The notes: generated by a model not told the origin, from the letters alone. Shown: positions 1 through 11,749, counted from the first letter of the stretch. The stretch is 26,863 nucleotides of DNA from Octopus sinensis (GCF_006345805.1 NW_021834081.1:1-26863), one strand, 5' to 3'. A program made the numbers and translations.

Positions 1-60
1 CATATCCTTTATATATTATGAAGAATTTTCATCGAGATATCTCGATTCGTGTCTATTAAA

Positions 61-381
61 GACTCCGCCGGTTACGACGACGAGGGTCCCAGCTGATACG
101 ATCAACGGAACAGCTTGCTCGTGAAATTAACGTGCAAATGGCTGAGCATTCCACAGACACGCGTACCCTTAACGTAGTTCTCGGGGATAATCAGCGTGAC
201 ACAGAGAGTGACAAGGCTGACCCTTTGAAATACAAGTGCAACTCATTTTTGCCAGCTGAGTGGACTGGAGCAACGTGAAATAAAGTGTCTTGCTCAAGGA
301 CACAACGCGTCGCCGGGAATCGAACTCACAACCTTACGATCATGAGCCGAATGCCCTAACCACTAAGCCACGCGCCCTCAC
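61..381 (-). mobile_element. tRNA-derived SINE, head 1 + tail X
   Basis: Minus strand reads GTGAGGGCGCGTGGCTTAGTGGTTAGG (A box) ... GAGTTCGATTCCC (B box), then CORE-like GTGTCCTTGAGCAAGACACTT. 243-381 matches 4020-4155; 61-242 matches 1651-1832. Confidence 0.85.
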
Positions 382-711
382 TTCGTGTCTATACAACATC
401 CTGTTAACCCGTATGTATATGAGTATGTATGTTTGTGTACGTGTGTGTTTGTGTACGTGTGTGTATGTGTGCATGTGTGTGTGTATCGAGGTAGCATCAC
501 ACTTTTGTTCAGTGTAAACATTTTCCCTAATCTTTAAGATCTTTGCTAAGCGCTTTTTCATACAGAAATATACTGCATTGTATCAATTTGATGTTATATA
601 AATATTACACCTCCACACACACTCTGATATATACACTCATGTACGCTTGCACGGACTCTCATACACATAAACACAATTTTTATGTTGCTATATATTCTTT
701 TATTCTTTTAG

Positions 712-1099
712 TCTTTTATTCTTTCATTTGTTTCAGTCATTTGACTTGCGGCCATGCTGGAGCTCCGCCTTAAAAGATTTTAGTCGAAGAAATCGACCCC
801 AGGACTTATTCTTCGTAAGCCTAGTATTTATTCTATCGGTTCCTTTTTGCTAAACCGATAAGTTACGGCGACATACACACTAGCATCGGTTGTCAAGTGA
901 TGGAAGGGGGACAAACACAGACATATATATATATATATATACGACAAGCTTCTTTCAGTTTCCAACTACCAATTCCATTCACAAAGCGTTGGTCGGCCCG
1001 AGGCTACTGTAGAAGACACTTGCTCAACGTGCCACACAGTGAGACTGAACCCGGCACCATGTGGTTAGAAAGCAAGCTCCTTACCGCACATCCACGCCT
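712..1099 (-). mobile_element. tRNA-derived SINE family B (bipartite, internal microsatellite)
   Basis: Colinear with the copies at 2770, 5767, 19387 and 21910/22296. tRNA-like head, CORE-like TTGAGCAAGTGTCTTCTAC, internal (TA)n at about 917-940, 3' part ending ...GCATGGCCGCAAGTCAAATGACTGAAAC. Confidence 0.9.
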
Positions 1100-1457
1100 G
1101 AGCCTATATATTTATGCATATATAGGTATATATAAATATTTATATATGCTTCATGTCTGTCATAAACTCCACAAACTCTAAAACCAAATCAGCCTAACGT
1201 AAACCCTCATCCAATTCAAAAATGTTCATTAACAAAACTTCGACAAATATCCAGAATAAATATCTTTGTAGTTACTAGAATTAGTTGTAGAACTACCAAT
1301 ATTTGACTGGGACCGCAACAGCGAGATGTGGCAACAAGAAAAGAACGACCAAATCACAAACAAAAGTTATCCCTTCCTGGACTGTCAGATTATATATCTT
1401 CACAGTTTCGACACTGAAGACAGGACCACATATATACATACATACACACATATATTT

Positions 1458-1835
1458 GTGGAGGCGCAATAGACCAGTGGTTAGGGCAGCATACTAGCAG
1501 TCTTAGGATCGCGGTTTTGATTTCCAGACCGAGCGTTATGATTGTTTATTGAAAAACACCTAAGGCTCCACGGGGCTCAGGCAGGGGGTGGTGGCGAACC
1601 CTGCTGTACTCTTTCACCACAACTTTATCTCACTCTTTCTTCCTGTTTCTGTTGTACTTGTATTTAAAAAGGGCCAGCCTTGTCACACACTGTGTCACGC
1701 TGAATCTCCCCGAGAACTATGTTAAAGGTACACGTGTCTGTGGAGTGCTCAGCCACTTGCACGTTACTTTCACGAGCAGGATGTTTCGTTGATCGGATCA
1801 ACTGGAACCTTAGTAGTAGTAACTGACGGAGTGCC

Positions 1836-1839
<4 letters not shown>
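1458..1839 (+). mobile_element. tRNA-derived SINE, head 2 + tail X
   Basis: GAGGCGCAATAGACCAGTGGTTAGGGCAGC ... GGTTTTGATTTCC head. 1458-1647 matches 24127-24305 (minus); 1651-1832 matches 61-242 (minus). Confidence 0.85.
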
Positions 1840-1876
<37 letters not shown>

Positions 1877-2045
1877 TAATTAAGGGCTAAAGAGGGTTAT
1901 TCTAAAGCCAATACACTGATTTATCCACTTATAATCCGCTTGCTACAGGAGAATTGAAACTGAAAACGGGCAACTAACCTTTAGAAAATTTTAATTTCGT
2001 TATCTCTATATTGAATCAATTTCGGAATTAATCTTATAAAGAGAT

Positions 2046-2076
<31 letters not shown>

Positions 2077-2080
2077 CATA

Positions 2081-2594
2081 GAGGTGGAAATAGCACAGAA
2101 GTAAATCTAAAACATTTCAATTTCGAAAGAATACGACCGGTTTCGATGATGAATCTCATATTTTCAAATATTAGCAAAAATTTATAAAAACTTGAAGTAA
2201 AAACAGCTTATCTTCTGTCGGGGGTCAAAAACATGCCTGGAGTTTTTTTCGTTGAAATCTTCTTTAAATATAGATTGATATAGAGTTCAAGGTGTTTGAG
2301 AAGGTATGTAGTTGTCTATTGTCTAAAAAGGAAATTCTTTTTTTCTTAGACACCAAACTATATTTAAAAAAGACTTCAACGAAAAAAGTCCACCCATGTT
2401 TTTGCCCCCCAGACAGAAAATAAACTGCTTTTATTTCAAATTTATATAAATTTTTACTTGATTTTAAATAAGATGAGATTCATCATCGAAACCGGTATTA
2501 TTCTATATTTTCTTTATATAATTTTAAAAACATTTTATCAAATTCCTTCTTAAATTGAAATGTCTTAGATTTACTTTTGTGCTATTTCCACCTC
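2081..2594. mobile_element. Fold-back element with long imperfect inverted arms (about 200 bp or more)
   Basis: The left end GAGGTGGAAATAGCACAGAAGTAAATCTAAAACATTTCAATTT is the near reverse complement of the end at 2594. Homology continues through ACCGGTTTCGATGATGAATCTCAT and CAAAAACATG..TTTTTTCGTTGAA to about 2278/2354. Flanked by (TA)n. Confidence 0.85.
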
Positions 2595-2655
2595 AATCTT
2601 CTATATATAAAAAAATTCATTTGTGTAAATACTTCTAATCTCTTTTCAAACTATA

Positions 2656-2703
<48 letters not shown>

Positions 2704-2707
2704 ATAC

Positions 2708-2738
<31 letters not shown>

Positions 2739-2769
2739 TGTATGTATGTGTGTGAGTCTGTGTACATTA

Positions 2770-3220
2770 CTCTTTTAATCCTTTATTTGTTTCAGTCATT
2801 TGACTGCGGCCATGCTGGAGCATCGCCTTTAATCGAGCAAATCGACTCCGGGACTTATTCTTTGTAAGCCCAGTACTTATTCTATCGGTCTCTTTTGCCG
2901 AACCGCTAAGTTACGGGGGACATAAATACACCGGTTGTCAAGCGATGGAGGAGAGATAAACACAGACACAATAACACACGGGCACTTACACACACACACA
3001 TATATGTATCTATGTATATATATGTTTATATATGTACATACACACACACACATATGTATACATATACAACGGGCTTTCAGTTTTCGTCTATCAAATTCAC
3101 ACACGTCTTTGGTCGGCCATTGGTTACAGTAGCAGACAGTTGCCTAAGGTGCTACGCTGAGAGACTGAACCCAGAATTATGTGGTAGGGAAGCAAGTTTC
3201 TTACTACAAAGCCACACCTG
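2770..3220 (-). mobile_element. SINE family B copy
   Basis: Same two-part structure, with about 105 bp of internal (CA)/(TA) at about 2961-3067. Confidence 0.9.
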
Positions 3221-3317
3221 TATCTGTATTTCACCCTGTGTTATCCAGTAGTTGTATTACACGTACTTCCAGGTTCGCGCTCAGGCTTCTGCTATAGGTG
3301 AATAGATAACTGAAAAA

Positions 3318-3450
3318 ATTGAAGTCAACAAGAAGGAGTAAGGTTGGACATTTACTTTCAAACACTAAGCCTGGAGAACTACGTTGCGTGGAAACAATTG
3401 TAGCGATTGAAAATAAATGTCCAACTGCACTTATTCTTGTTCACTTCAAT
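3318..3450. repeat. Short fold-back (about 44-bp arms) with a hammerhead-like apex
   Basis: ATTGAAGTCAACAAGAA..GTTGGACATTTACTTTCAA (3318-3361) pairs imperfectly with TTGAAAATAAATGTCCAAC..TTCTTGTTCACTTCAAT (3407-3450). Confidence 0.8.
3369..3404 (+). ncRNA. Candidate variant type I hammerhead ribozyme (A6G)
   Basis: GC-CUGGAGA-A-C(U)ACG-UUG-CGUG-GAAA-CAAUU-GUA/GC. Helix III is the palindrome ACAAUUGU. Confidence 0.4.
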
Positions 3451-3458
3451 ATATATAT

Positions 3459-3538
<80 letters not shown>

Positions 3539-3553
3539 ATTATATATAACAAG

Positions 3554-3813
3554 GCAGCATGGAAGGTGTTTGTAAACCATTTAAGAATCACACAAAAGCC
3601 GTTCGATTCACTTCAACATTTAAGTTTAATTTGTCAAAATATTTTTCGCTTTAAGACCTGTTCACTGACAATGAACAGCACGGATTTTTGTCAGTGAACA
3701 GGTCGCGGTCTTAAAGCGACGAAAATATTTTGACAAATTAAACTTAAATGTTGAAGTGAATCGAACGGCTTTTGTGTGTTTCTTAAATGGCTTACAAACA
3801 CCTTCCACGCTGC
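3554..3813. mobile_element. Near-perfect fold-back / MITE-like hairpin
   Basis: Arm 3554-3671 versus arm 3688-3813: about 3 substitutions and two indels (2 and 6 nt), 16-nt loop. No TSD seen. Confidence 0.9.
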
Positions 3814-3914
3814 AATTGTTTTCGTTTCAGCACACGATCTCAGATCAAATCACTTGCTCTGCAAGTACATCTCCGTAACATATATATATATATATATATA
3901 GTAAGAAAAAGTAA

Positions 3915-4155
3915 TAAATGTGGCCTTTTAAATCCTAACCAGGCTCGTGGACTCGGCTTCCAGGTTTCTACGGCGAATGTGTTCCCCAGCTGGACGGGAC
4001 GCCAGTCCATCGCAGCGTTACTAATTTTTGCCAGCTGAGTGGACTGGAGCAACGTGAAATGAAGTGTTTTGCTCAAGAACACAACGCGTCGCCCGGTCCA
4101 GAAATCGAAACTACAATCTTACGATCATGATGCTGACACCCTAACCACTAAGCCT
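3915..4155 (-). mobile_element. tRNA-derived SINE, head 1 + tail Y
   Basis: 4020-4155 matches 243-381 (TTTTTGCCAGCTGAGTGGACTGGAGCAACGTGAAAT). The downstream part is different: GCTGCGATGGACTGGCGTCCCGTCCAGCTGGGG on the minus strand. Confidence 0.8.
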
Positions 4156-4779
4156 TCACATTTCATTATATATATATATATATTATATATATATATATTA
4201 GATATGTGTATGTGTGTGTGTGTGTGCGTGTGTGTGTGTATGTATGTATGATGTATGCATGTATGTATGTATGTATTTGGATGTGTGTGTGTACATATTT
4301 ACATACATACATATACATAGACGTACATATATAAACATACACACACGTATGTGTAGTTTTGAATAATGAGATTCCACTCACTCTCTATTAAACACATTGT
4401 TCACTATATAATCGTCCATTTTTGCTTCAACTTCACGTTGGTTAAATATCGAACTGACTTCCTCTCTATCACTTCTCATATCTTTATAAATATCACAAAT
4501 CCGTTTTTTTTCTTTTTGTTTTTTCGTGATCAATAAATCGAAGAGACATTACGTGATTTTCTCCCAATTTCAGAGAATGCCATTTAGTGAATTACTATAA
4601 ACCGATATCTCCTCTTAATTAGGGTCAATAGAGAAGAGATATATTATATTATATTATATGAGTATCACAAGTAGACAAGCGCCATATTGTCTGAAATATT
4701 AGATATAGCTGATAACTAACACCGCACACAATGAAGGTATATTATTCTCTGGGTGTTGACCGGCAGTATATGTCTATTC

Positions 4780-4976
4780 ATGTATGCATATAAGCAATAC
4801 ATCAAGGTATATACACGCAAAGACATATACACACACATACACGCACATATATAAGTCTATATGCATATATATATTTATATATACATGTATGTATACATAT
4901 ATTTATATACAAATACATATATATAGGTTCCCTATGTATATGTTTACACACACATACGCGCATATATCTATATCTA

Positions 4977-5035
<59 letters not shown>

Positions 5036-5056
5036 ATCTATATATATATATGTGTA

Positions 5057-5113
<57 letters not shown>

Positions 5114-5130
5114 TTTGTGTGTGTGTGTGA
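4780..5130. repeat. Compound microsatellite (CA/TA, (TATC)n, (TG)n)
   Basis: Direct reading; representative of many similar tracts (e.g. 411-486, 2651-2755, 3449-3547, 4165-4345). Confidence 0.95.
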
Positions 5131-5766
5131 GTTAGAGGTTGGGAAACCAACCAACTAAGGGATAGTACCTATCCAATATACTCCCGGTAGTGTGCCCAAT
5201 TATTCATACCCAAGTGCTGTTTATTGCGTGGCAATCTCGCGATTGAGTGTTATATACGGGTGGGGGTAAAAAGTGGTTTACCCTTAACTTATACGGCAAA
5301 TAAGAAAATGGAAAGACTAAGAATATTGGTGAGTCGTTTGTTGCACATTTGTCTAAATGTTCACTTAGTGGAATCTAGACTGTTAGTAACAGTATCATCG
5401 TATGAATACTGAGTTTGTTTCTCAAAGTAAACTTCATTTGTCCTATATAATCTTCGTCACATCCGTTACGTTTAACAACACAAATTAATTTTGTTGACGG
5501 AAAGGTGAGGGTTTTTTTCTAATGAAAAACTCATCCTCTTTTAAATTTATAAGAAAGGTCTAAGCCAGATACAGATTCCACATTTAGAGCAATTTTTGAC
5601 AGTTACGTTTGTGTCTTTAACGGATAATTCGTAGTTGGCAAATAAATCTACGGAATTTGGGTTGTCTACTGTTTTAGATTATTTTTTATATTTTTTATTC
5701 TCGGTTATTGTTTCAATTGTAGTGTGTATTTATGAGGAATTATATATATTTTTGCATTTCTTGTGT

Positions 5767-6159
5767 TGTGTTGTGGTAAGTAGCTTACTTACCAACTACA
5801 TGGTTCCAGCTTCAGTCCCACTGCATGTCACATTGAGCAAGTGTCTTCTATTATAGCCTCGGGCCGACCAAAGCCTTGTGAGTGGATTTGGTAGACGGAA
5901 ACTGAAAGAAGCCCGTCGTATATATGTATGGATATATATTTATATGTGTGTGTGTGTGTGTTTGTCCCCCACACCATCGCTTCACAACTGATGCTGGCGT
6001 GTTTACGTCCCCGTAACTTTGCGGTTCGGCAAAAGAGACCGATAGAATAAATACTAGGCTTCCAAAGAAGAAGTCCTGGGGGTCGATTTGCTCGACTAAA
6101 AGGCAGTGCTCCAGCATGGCCGCAGTCAAATGACTGAAACAAGTAAAAGCGTAAAAGAG
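5767..6159 (+). mobile_element. SINE family B copy
   Basis: TGTGGTAAGTAGCTTACTTACCAACTACATGGTTCC.. head, internal (TA)(TG) at about 5919-5962, ending GACTGAAACAAGTAAAAGCGTAAAAGAG. Confidence 0.9.
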
Positions 6160-6390
6160 TAATCCTTTCCGTAAAGACACTGATAAATTACCTATCAAGA
6201 TGGCGACGCTTACGCTCGACAAACGAATTATACTTAAGACATTAAACATTGCTTTAGCATTCTCACAAACTGATAATTATGAACATTATTAGACATGTCT
6301 TGCAAGTTGTTTCTAATTCTTTTTCATGAGAGAAGTAATAAAAGTGTCGATGCATTTTGCACATCATGAATAAAAAAATTAGCACGAGTC

Positions 6391-6422
<32 letters not shown>

Positions 6423-6471
6423 CATTATTATTATTATTATTATTATTATCATCATTATTATTATTATTATT

Positions 6472-6544
<73 letters not shown>

Positions 6545-6664
6545 TATTATTACCATTATTATTACTATTATTATTATTATCATCATTATTATTATATTAT
6601 TATTATTATTATTATTATTATCATTATAATTATCATTATTATTATTATTATTACTATTATATTA

Positions 6665-6706
<42 letters not shown>

Positions 6707-7048
6707 TATATTACTATTATTATTATTATATCATTATTATTATTATTATTATCATCATTATTATTATTATCATTATTATTATCATTATTATTATATTATT
6801 ATTATTATTACTATTATTATTTATTATTATTATATATTATTATTATTATTATTATTTATTATTATTACTATATTATTATTATTATTAATATTATCATCAT
6901 CATCATCATCATCATTATATTATTATTATTATTGTTGTTGTTGTTGTTGTTGTTGTAATTGCTGTTATTGTTGTAATTTTTGTTGTTGTTATTGTTGTTG
7001 TTGTAATTGTTGTTATTATTGTTGTTGTTGTTGTTGTTGTTGTCGTCG

Positions 7049-7082
<34 letters not shown>

Positions 7083-7110
7083 TATTGTCGTCGTCGTCAT
7101 TGTTGTTATT
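6391..7110. repeat. About 720-bp compound trinucleotide array (ATT)n-(ATC)n-(GTT)n-(GTC)n
   Basis: Direct reading; phase is repeatedly broken by ATTATATT slips. Confidence 0.97.
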
Positions 7111-7111
7111 C

Positions 7112-7728
7112 ATATACACTCAGCAGATTAGATTTCTAATATCGGGCTACAACAAAGTAGCCTTAGATGCCAAGAACCCCTCCTATCGGGTTACAGCAAG
7201 TAACCTTAGATGCCAAGAACCCTCCCAAGTATCCTAGCCGTCCCTAATAACACTGCTTTCTGCAGCTGTACTAAACTGGGCTTTATGCCTATTTCCCCTA
7301 CCCATCTGTTCAGATCTTTAGGGATAGTTCCCAATGCACCTATAACTACCAGGATAGACTTTACCCGCACTTTCGATAGTTTCTGTAATTCAATGGCTAG
7401 GTCCTAGTACTTTGCTATTTTTTCTATATTTTTCATATAAATTTTTTCATCATTTGGAACTGTAAACTCAATTATGTGACACTTTCTATTCTCTTTATCT
7501 ATTACTACCAAATCAGGCCTTCTACCTTCTATTAATCTGTCAGTCAGAATATCCCACTACATCTTGTATTTCTTATTTTCTAGTACTTTACTAGGTTTAC
7601 GTTCATACCATTTATCAGTATGTTCAAATCTTAGCTTTCTACAAAGCTCCCTGTGGAATACTCTCCCTAGACTGTCATGTCTTTTCTTGTATTCTTTCTG
7701 TGCCAGCATGCTACATTCACTTACTATA
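7112..7728 (-). pseudogene. 3' fragment of an RLE-type (Dong/R4-like) non-LTR retrotransposon: zinc-finger tail, restriction-like endonuclease and 3'UTR
   Basis: Manual translation of 7728->7206: IVSECSMLAQKEYKKRHDSLGRVFH...KWYERKP...*WD...RRPDLVVIDKENRKCHIIEFTVP...KIAKY*DLAIEL...VVIGALGTIPK...LQKAVLLGTARILGRVLGI*. Has a PD-(D/E)xK-type motif, two internal stops and no frameshift. Confidence 0.85.
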
Positions 7729-8291
7729 TATGAGTAACGCCCTGATGCAGTACCAGGCGGTGGCTCTCGTGGCTTCTGATCTTAACTGATTGGAAGTGTT
7801 ATCATGTACATTGTTTTGTCTTGGTATAAAAGATGGACTACAGAAAATATCTTGCTCAATACCACAGATTTGCTTGTCAGTTGTTTGACCTTAACCAGTT
7901 GACCATGTCCCTTAGTGGCTGACGATATGTGCATCTCTGATCATGAGTAGAAATAGTGGAGGAGCATCATAACCATGTGTTGAGAGGGATTCTTTGGGGT
8001 TTGAATAATTCACCTCTGGAAATATGGGTGTTTCGTTCAACATCCTTAAACAACCCTTAGTCAGGGACCTTTTGAGCGGGATGGGCTACTCGATCAGAAA
8101 AATATCTAACTGGGCCCCCACCTGCAAGGTCATGTGCTGTTTATCTTGATATGAGATCACCATGTCAAGCAAATATGGTTGTGATGCATGTGCATAGTGT
8201 ACCCTTGTCAGACGGGTAGTCATGATGGGTATACTGGGCTTCGTATATTTTACCCAGTGTCACTTTGATGGCATGCACTGCTCTCTCACTC

Positions 8292-8332
<41 letters not shown>

Positions 8333-8336
8333 TAAT
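7729..8336 (+). mobile_element. Unclassified element of about 560 bp ending in an (AAT)n tail
   Basis: GC-richer block that truncates the LINE frame at about 7728 and ends ..CTCTCTCACTC(AAT)n at 8292-8336. No ORF. Single copy in the window; repeat status is inferred. Confidence 0.4.
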
Positions 8337-8545
8337 GGTTTCAATCTTTCCACAAGGGCAGCTTTATTGGAGGAGGTGATGAGTCGATTACATCGAACCC
8401 CGAGTTTCACTGGCACTTAATTTATCGACCCCGAAAGGAATGAAAGGCCAAAAAGACCACGACAGAATTTTAACTCAGAACGTAAAGACGAACGAAATGC
8501 CACTAAGCATTTCACCCAGCGTGCTAACGATTCTGCCAGCTCGCC
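8337..8545 (-). mobile_element. tRNA-derived SINE (family D)
   Basis: Minus strand GGCGAGCTGGCAGAATCGTTAGCAC head, body GCCTTTCATTCCTTTCGGGGTCGATAAATTAAGT..GATGTAATCGACT, followed by (ATT)n. Confidence 0.75.
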
Positions 8546-8696
8546 ATCTTAAATAACAATACGCGGAATGAGAACACAGATCAAGAGCAGCAACATAAGT
8601 AAAATGTTTGTGAGTGTGTGTGGGGGGGTGTTTTACAAGATGTAAAAGGGAGAAATCAATAACACTTAAGATACATTAACAACATACAGCAATAGA

Positions 8697-8927
<231 letters not shown>

Positions 8928-9270
8928 TCACGTGCTTTCACTGCACTATTGAGCACAGCTCTATGTGCCTTGGGTAGTGCCGTGGTGGTTTGCTGTCATG
9001 CTCTTGTTTTTACTGTATTGAAAGTGTTTTGCTAAGAATGTGTGCGGTACCTAGAAGTGCTATTTTCTTTATGTTATATATACTTGTTAGTCCTGGTGTT
9101 TTTATGTATTTGTTTGAATATTTTTTTTACATGCCTAATGCCCCAAATATAATGGGAATTCTTTCTGATTTTAGGCTCCACATTCGAGTTACTTCTATTT
9201 CCAGGTCTTTGTATTTTGAAAGTTTCTCCGTTTCTTTTAGAGAAACTTTGGTATCTACATTAATTAGATT
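8928..9270 (-). pseudogene. 3' fragment of a second RLE-type (Dong/R4-like) LINE
   Basis: VSLKETEKLSKYKDLEIEVTRMWSLKSERIPIIFGALGM, a 1-bp frameshift, then KKYSNKYIKTPGLTSIYNIKKIALLGTAHILSKTLSIQ* (stop at 9010-9012), and a short 3'UTR into (AAT)n on the minus strand. Confidence 0.85.
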
Positions 9271-9284
9271 TTTAACATTTGACA

Positions 9285-10030
9285 TTCGTAATTTTGTTCT
9301 GCAGTGTGAACTCTTGTGACTTGATTTTATTAATGGACAGTCGTTTCTGAAATATATACCCCACACCCATAAAAAAGATTAGGACGTGGTTGTACTTTTC
9401 CGTTCGGCATATCTGTATTTTTGAGGAATCCTTTTCTTGAATATTTTTCTACATCGCGTTTCAGGTTACCCATCTTTTGGCATTCTTCTGCCTCGGACTT
9501 TAAGGTTAGATCTTAGTTCGCTTGTTCCAATTTAGAAAGAAATCTTGCCCTAATTTCTGTATCTTCACTTACTGTAAGGACTCGTACGAAAATAAGACAC
9601 TTGAATATCTCAGGTGTAAGTTCTTTATCCAAAGCTTTCATAAATCCGGTTGACTGTTCCTACGTATGTGATACAATCAGCATTCTCCTTTTTTACTTTA
9701 TATTCCAACACTCCATTCGAGTGTTAAATAGAGAAGTTTTATCACTGAATATGTTAAACAAAAATTCTATTGTTTCTTTAAAACAATTTTCATTGGGGTT
9801 TTGGGGAAATATGAAATTACAGTAATGTTCATGCTCCAACTGAACTAATTTTCGCTATATCAATCTCACTTTTTGTTTGTTCGACCAAGATTTACAATCT
9901 TGCTTAAAAACCTCCTCGTACATTTTGCAGTACGATGCAAAAGTTATACCCTCCTCTGGGTTATAGGTGAATTCATTAAACTCAGTATTCATACGATGAT
10001 CGGTGTTGGTTTGTTTACGTAACCTAGAGG
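9285..10030 (-). pseudogene. Decayed Ty3/gypsy-type gag (K02A2.6-like) with zinc-knuckle remnant
   Basis: Translation with stops and frameshifts: EFTYNPEEGITFASYCKMYEEVFKQDCKSWSNKQKVRLI*RKL..YCNFIFP..FKETIEFL..IFSDKTSLFNTR...FKCLIFVRVL..EIRARFLSKLEQ...EECQKMGNLKRD...YGCG..FRNDCP..HKSSHC. Family assigned by recognition, not by a search. Confidence 0.75.
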
Positions 10031-10119
10031 TTCGCAAAAAGGACACATGTAAACATGTGCGCACACATACACACGCACACGCAACACTCACTATCACACA
10101 GATATATCCACACACACAT

Positions 10120-10690
10120 AACTACACATAGCCCCTGCACACACACTTCATATGCTCACATCGTCCAACATTTATAGACCTCCATGCTCCCCAGACACAG
10201 CCCCCACCACCCACATAGACGTAGTTCATATGCACACGTCCTCCAACATATATAGACCTCCATGCACCGCACACACAGCCCCCACCATACACATACACAT
10301 AGTTCATATGCACACGTCCTCCAACATATATAGACCTCCATGCACCCCACACAACCCCCATACACATACACATAGTTCATATGCACACGTCCTCCAACAT
10401 ATATAGACCTCCATGCACCGCACACACAGCCCCCACCATACACATACACATAGTTCATATGCACACGTCCTCCAACATATATAGACCTCCACGCACCCCT
10501 ACACACAACCCCCATCACACACAAACACAAAGTTCATGTGCACACGTCCCCGAAACTTTATAGACCTCCATGCACCCCCACACACAGCCTCCACCACACA
10601 CGTACACATAGTTCATATGCACACGACCCCCAAACTATATAGACCTCCATGCACTCCACACCCGGCCCCACCACACACATACACACACAA
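10120..10690. repeat. Minisatellite, 7 units of 73-79 bp
   Basis: Unit anchor (G)TTCATATGC at 10146, 10224, 10302, 10375, 10453, 10532 and 10611; conserved TAGACCTCCATGCAC. Confidence 0.95.
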
Positions 10691-11259
10691 TCAGTTCTCA
10701 CGCATATATCCGTTAGCATTTACAGCCGCCTACACAAAACCAGACACATGCACACATGCAGAGTTCCACAAATCCCACAACAGCACAGAGAATCACGTTG
10801 AGAATCTTCAAATTTACAGCTTTCATTTATCACAAAGAAGCATCTCCAACCTTCAAACAAAAAAAATTCATATTTTTTAATGACATTCCTACATTTTTCT
10901 TCGCTTGGCCGCCATTTCCATATAATTGAATTATGTGTTTTAAGTATTTTCTTCTTATTATTATTTTCTTTCAATTGAATATTATGCTTCTTGCCTCCTT
11001 GTGTTCTGTCTTTTGCTTTTACCATTGCAGAGGTCAGAAAAACTCTATGAAGCTCTTCAGTTAATTTCTCTGATTTTCTCCAAAGATCTATTGATCTTTC
11101 AACTGATTAACCTTATCTCTTAATTCCATCAGATTCTACAAGAACGTAGAGTCGTTGCTTCGCTTTCTTTCAAAATAAAGAATTAATTAGAACGCTAAGT
11201 TCTATCAATTATTTTTCTCTCTTGCCATCATCTCAGTTTAGCATGCGCAACAATTTATC

Positions 11260-11500
11260 ATTCTCTCTCTGTGTCTTTCTCTCTATCTCTCTCTCACTCA
11301 GTCAATCTGAACTCTCTCTCTCTCTCTATCTCTCACTCTGTCGGTATATCCTTCTCTCTCTCTTTCTCCCTGTCTATTCCTCGCTTCCTCTCATTCTCTT
11401 TCACGATTTGCATTTCTTGTTTAGGTTCTCTATATTTTCTTTCCATACATGTATGTGTGGGGGTGTATATATATACGCACACATATATATCCATATATCC

Positions 11501-11532
<32 letters not shown>

Positions 11533-11749
11533 ACACACACGCATATACCTATATATATGTGTGTGTGTGTATGTGTTTCTATATATACATACATATGTCT
11601 GTATACATATCTCTCTTACTATGGCTTTCTCTATCTCTCAATCTAGCACGTTCTCTTTCTCACTCTGCATATACATACATTAATACATACATACATACTA
11701 TATATATTCACACATATATATACATACGTATCTATATATGTATATATGT

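Noticed and set aside
31-46. Perfect 16-bp palindrome ATCGAGATATCTCGAT
   Set aside because: Isolated, with no context; not distinguishable from chance or a tiny local duplication.
243-381. tRNA genes at the SINE heads (also 1458, 8545, 22295, 24305)
   Set aside because: A and B boxes are present, but no complete cloverleaf was found, and each continues into a repeated SINE body.
9127-9366. 79-aa ORF fusing a Gag zinc-knuckle remnant to an RLE C-terminus
   Set aside because: Chance in-frame junction of two decayed elements; both are disrupted immediately outside the ORF.
10120-10690. CRISPR-like repeat-spacer appearance
   Set aside because: The linkers are homologous CA-rich sequence, not unique spacers; eukaryotic context and no cas genes.
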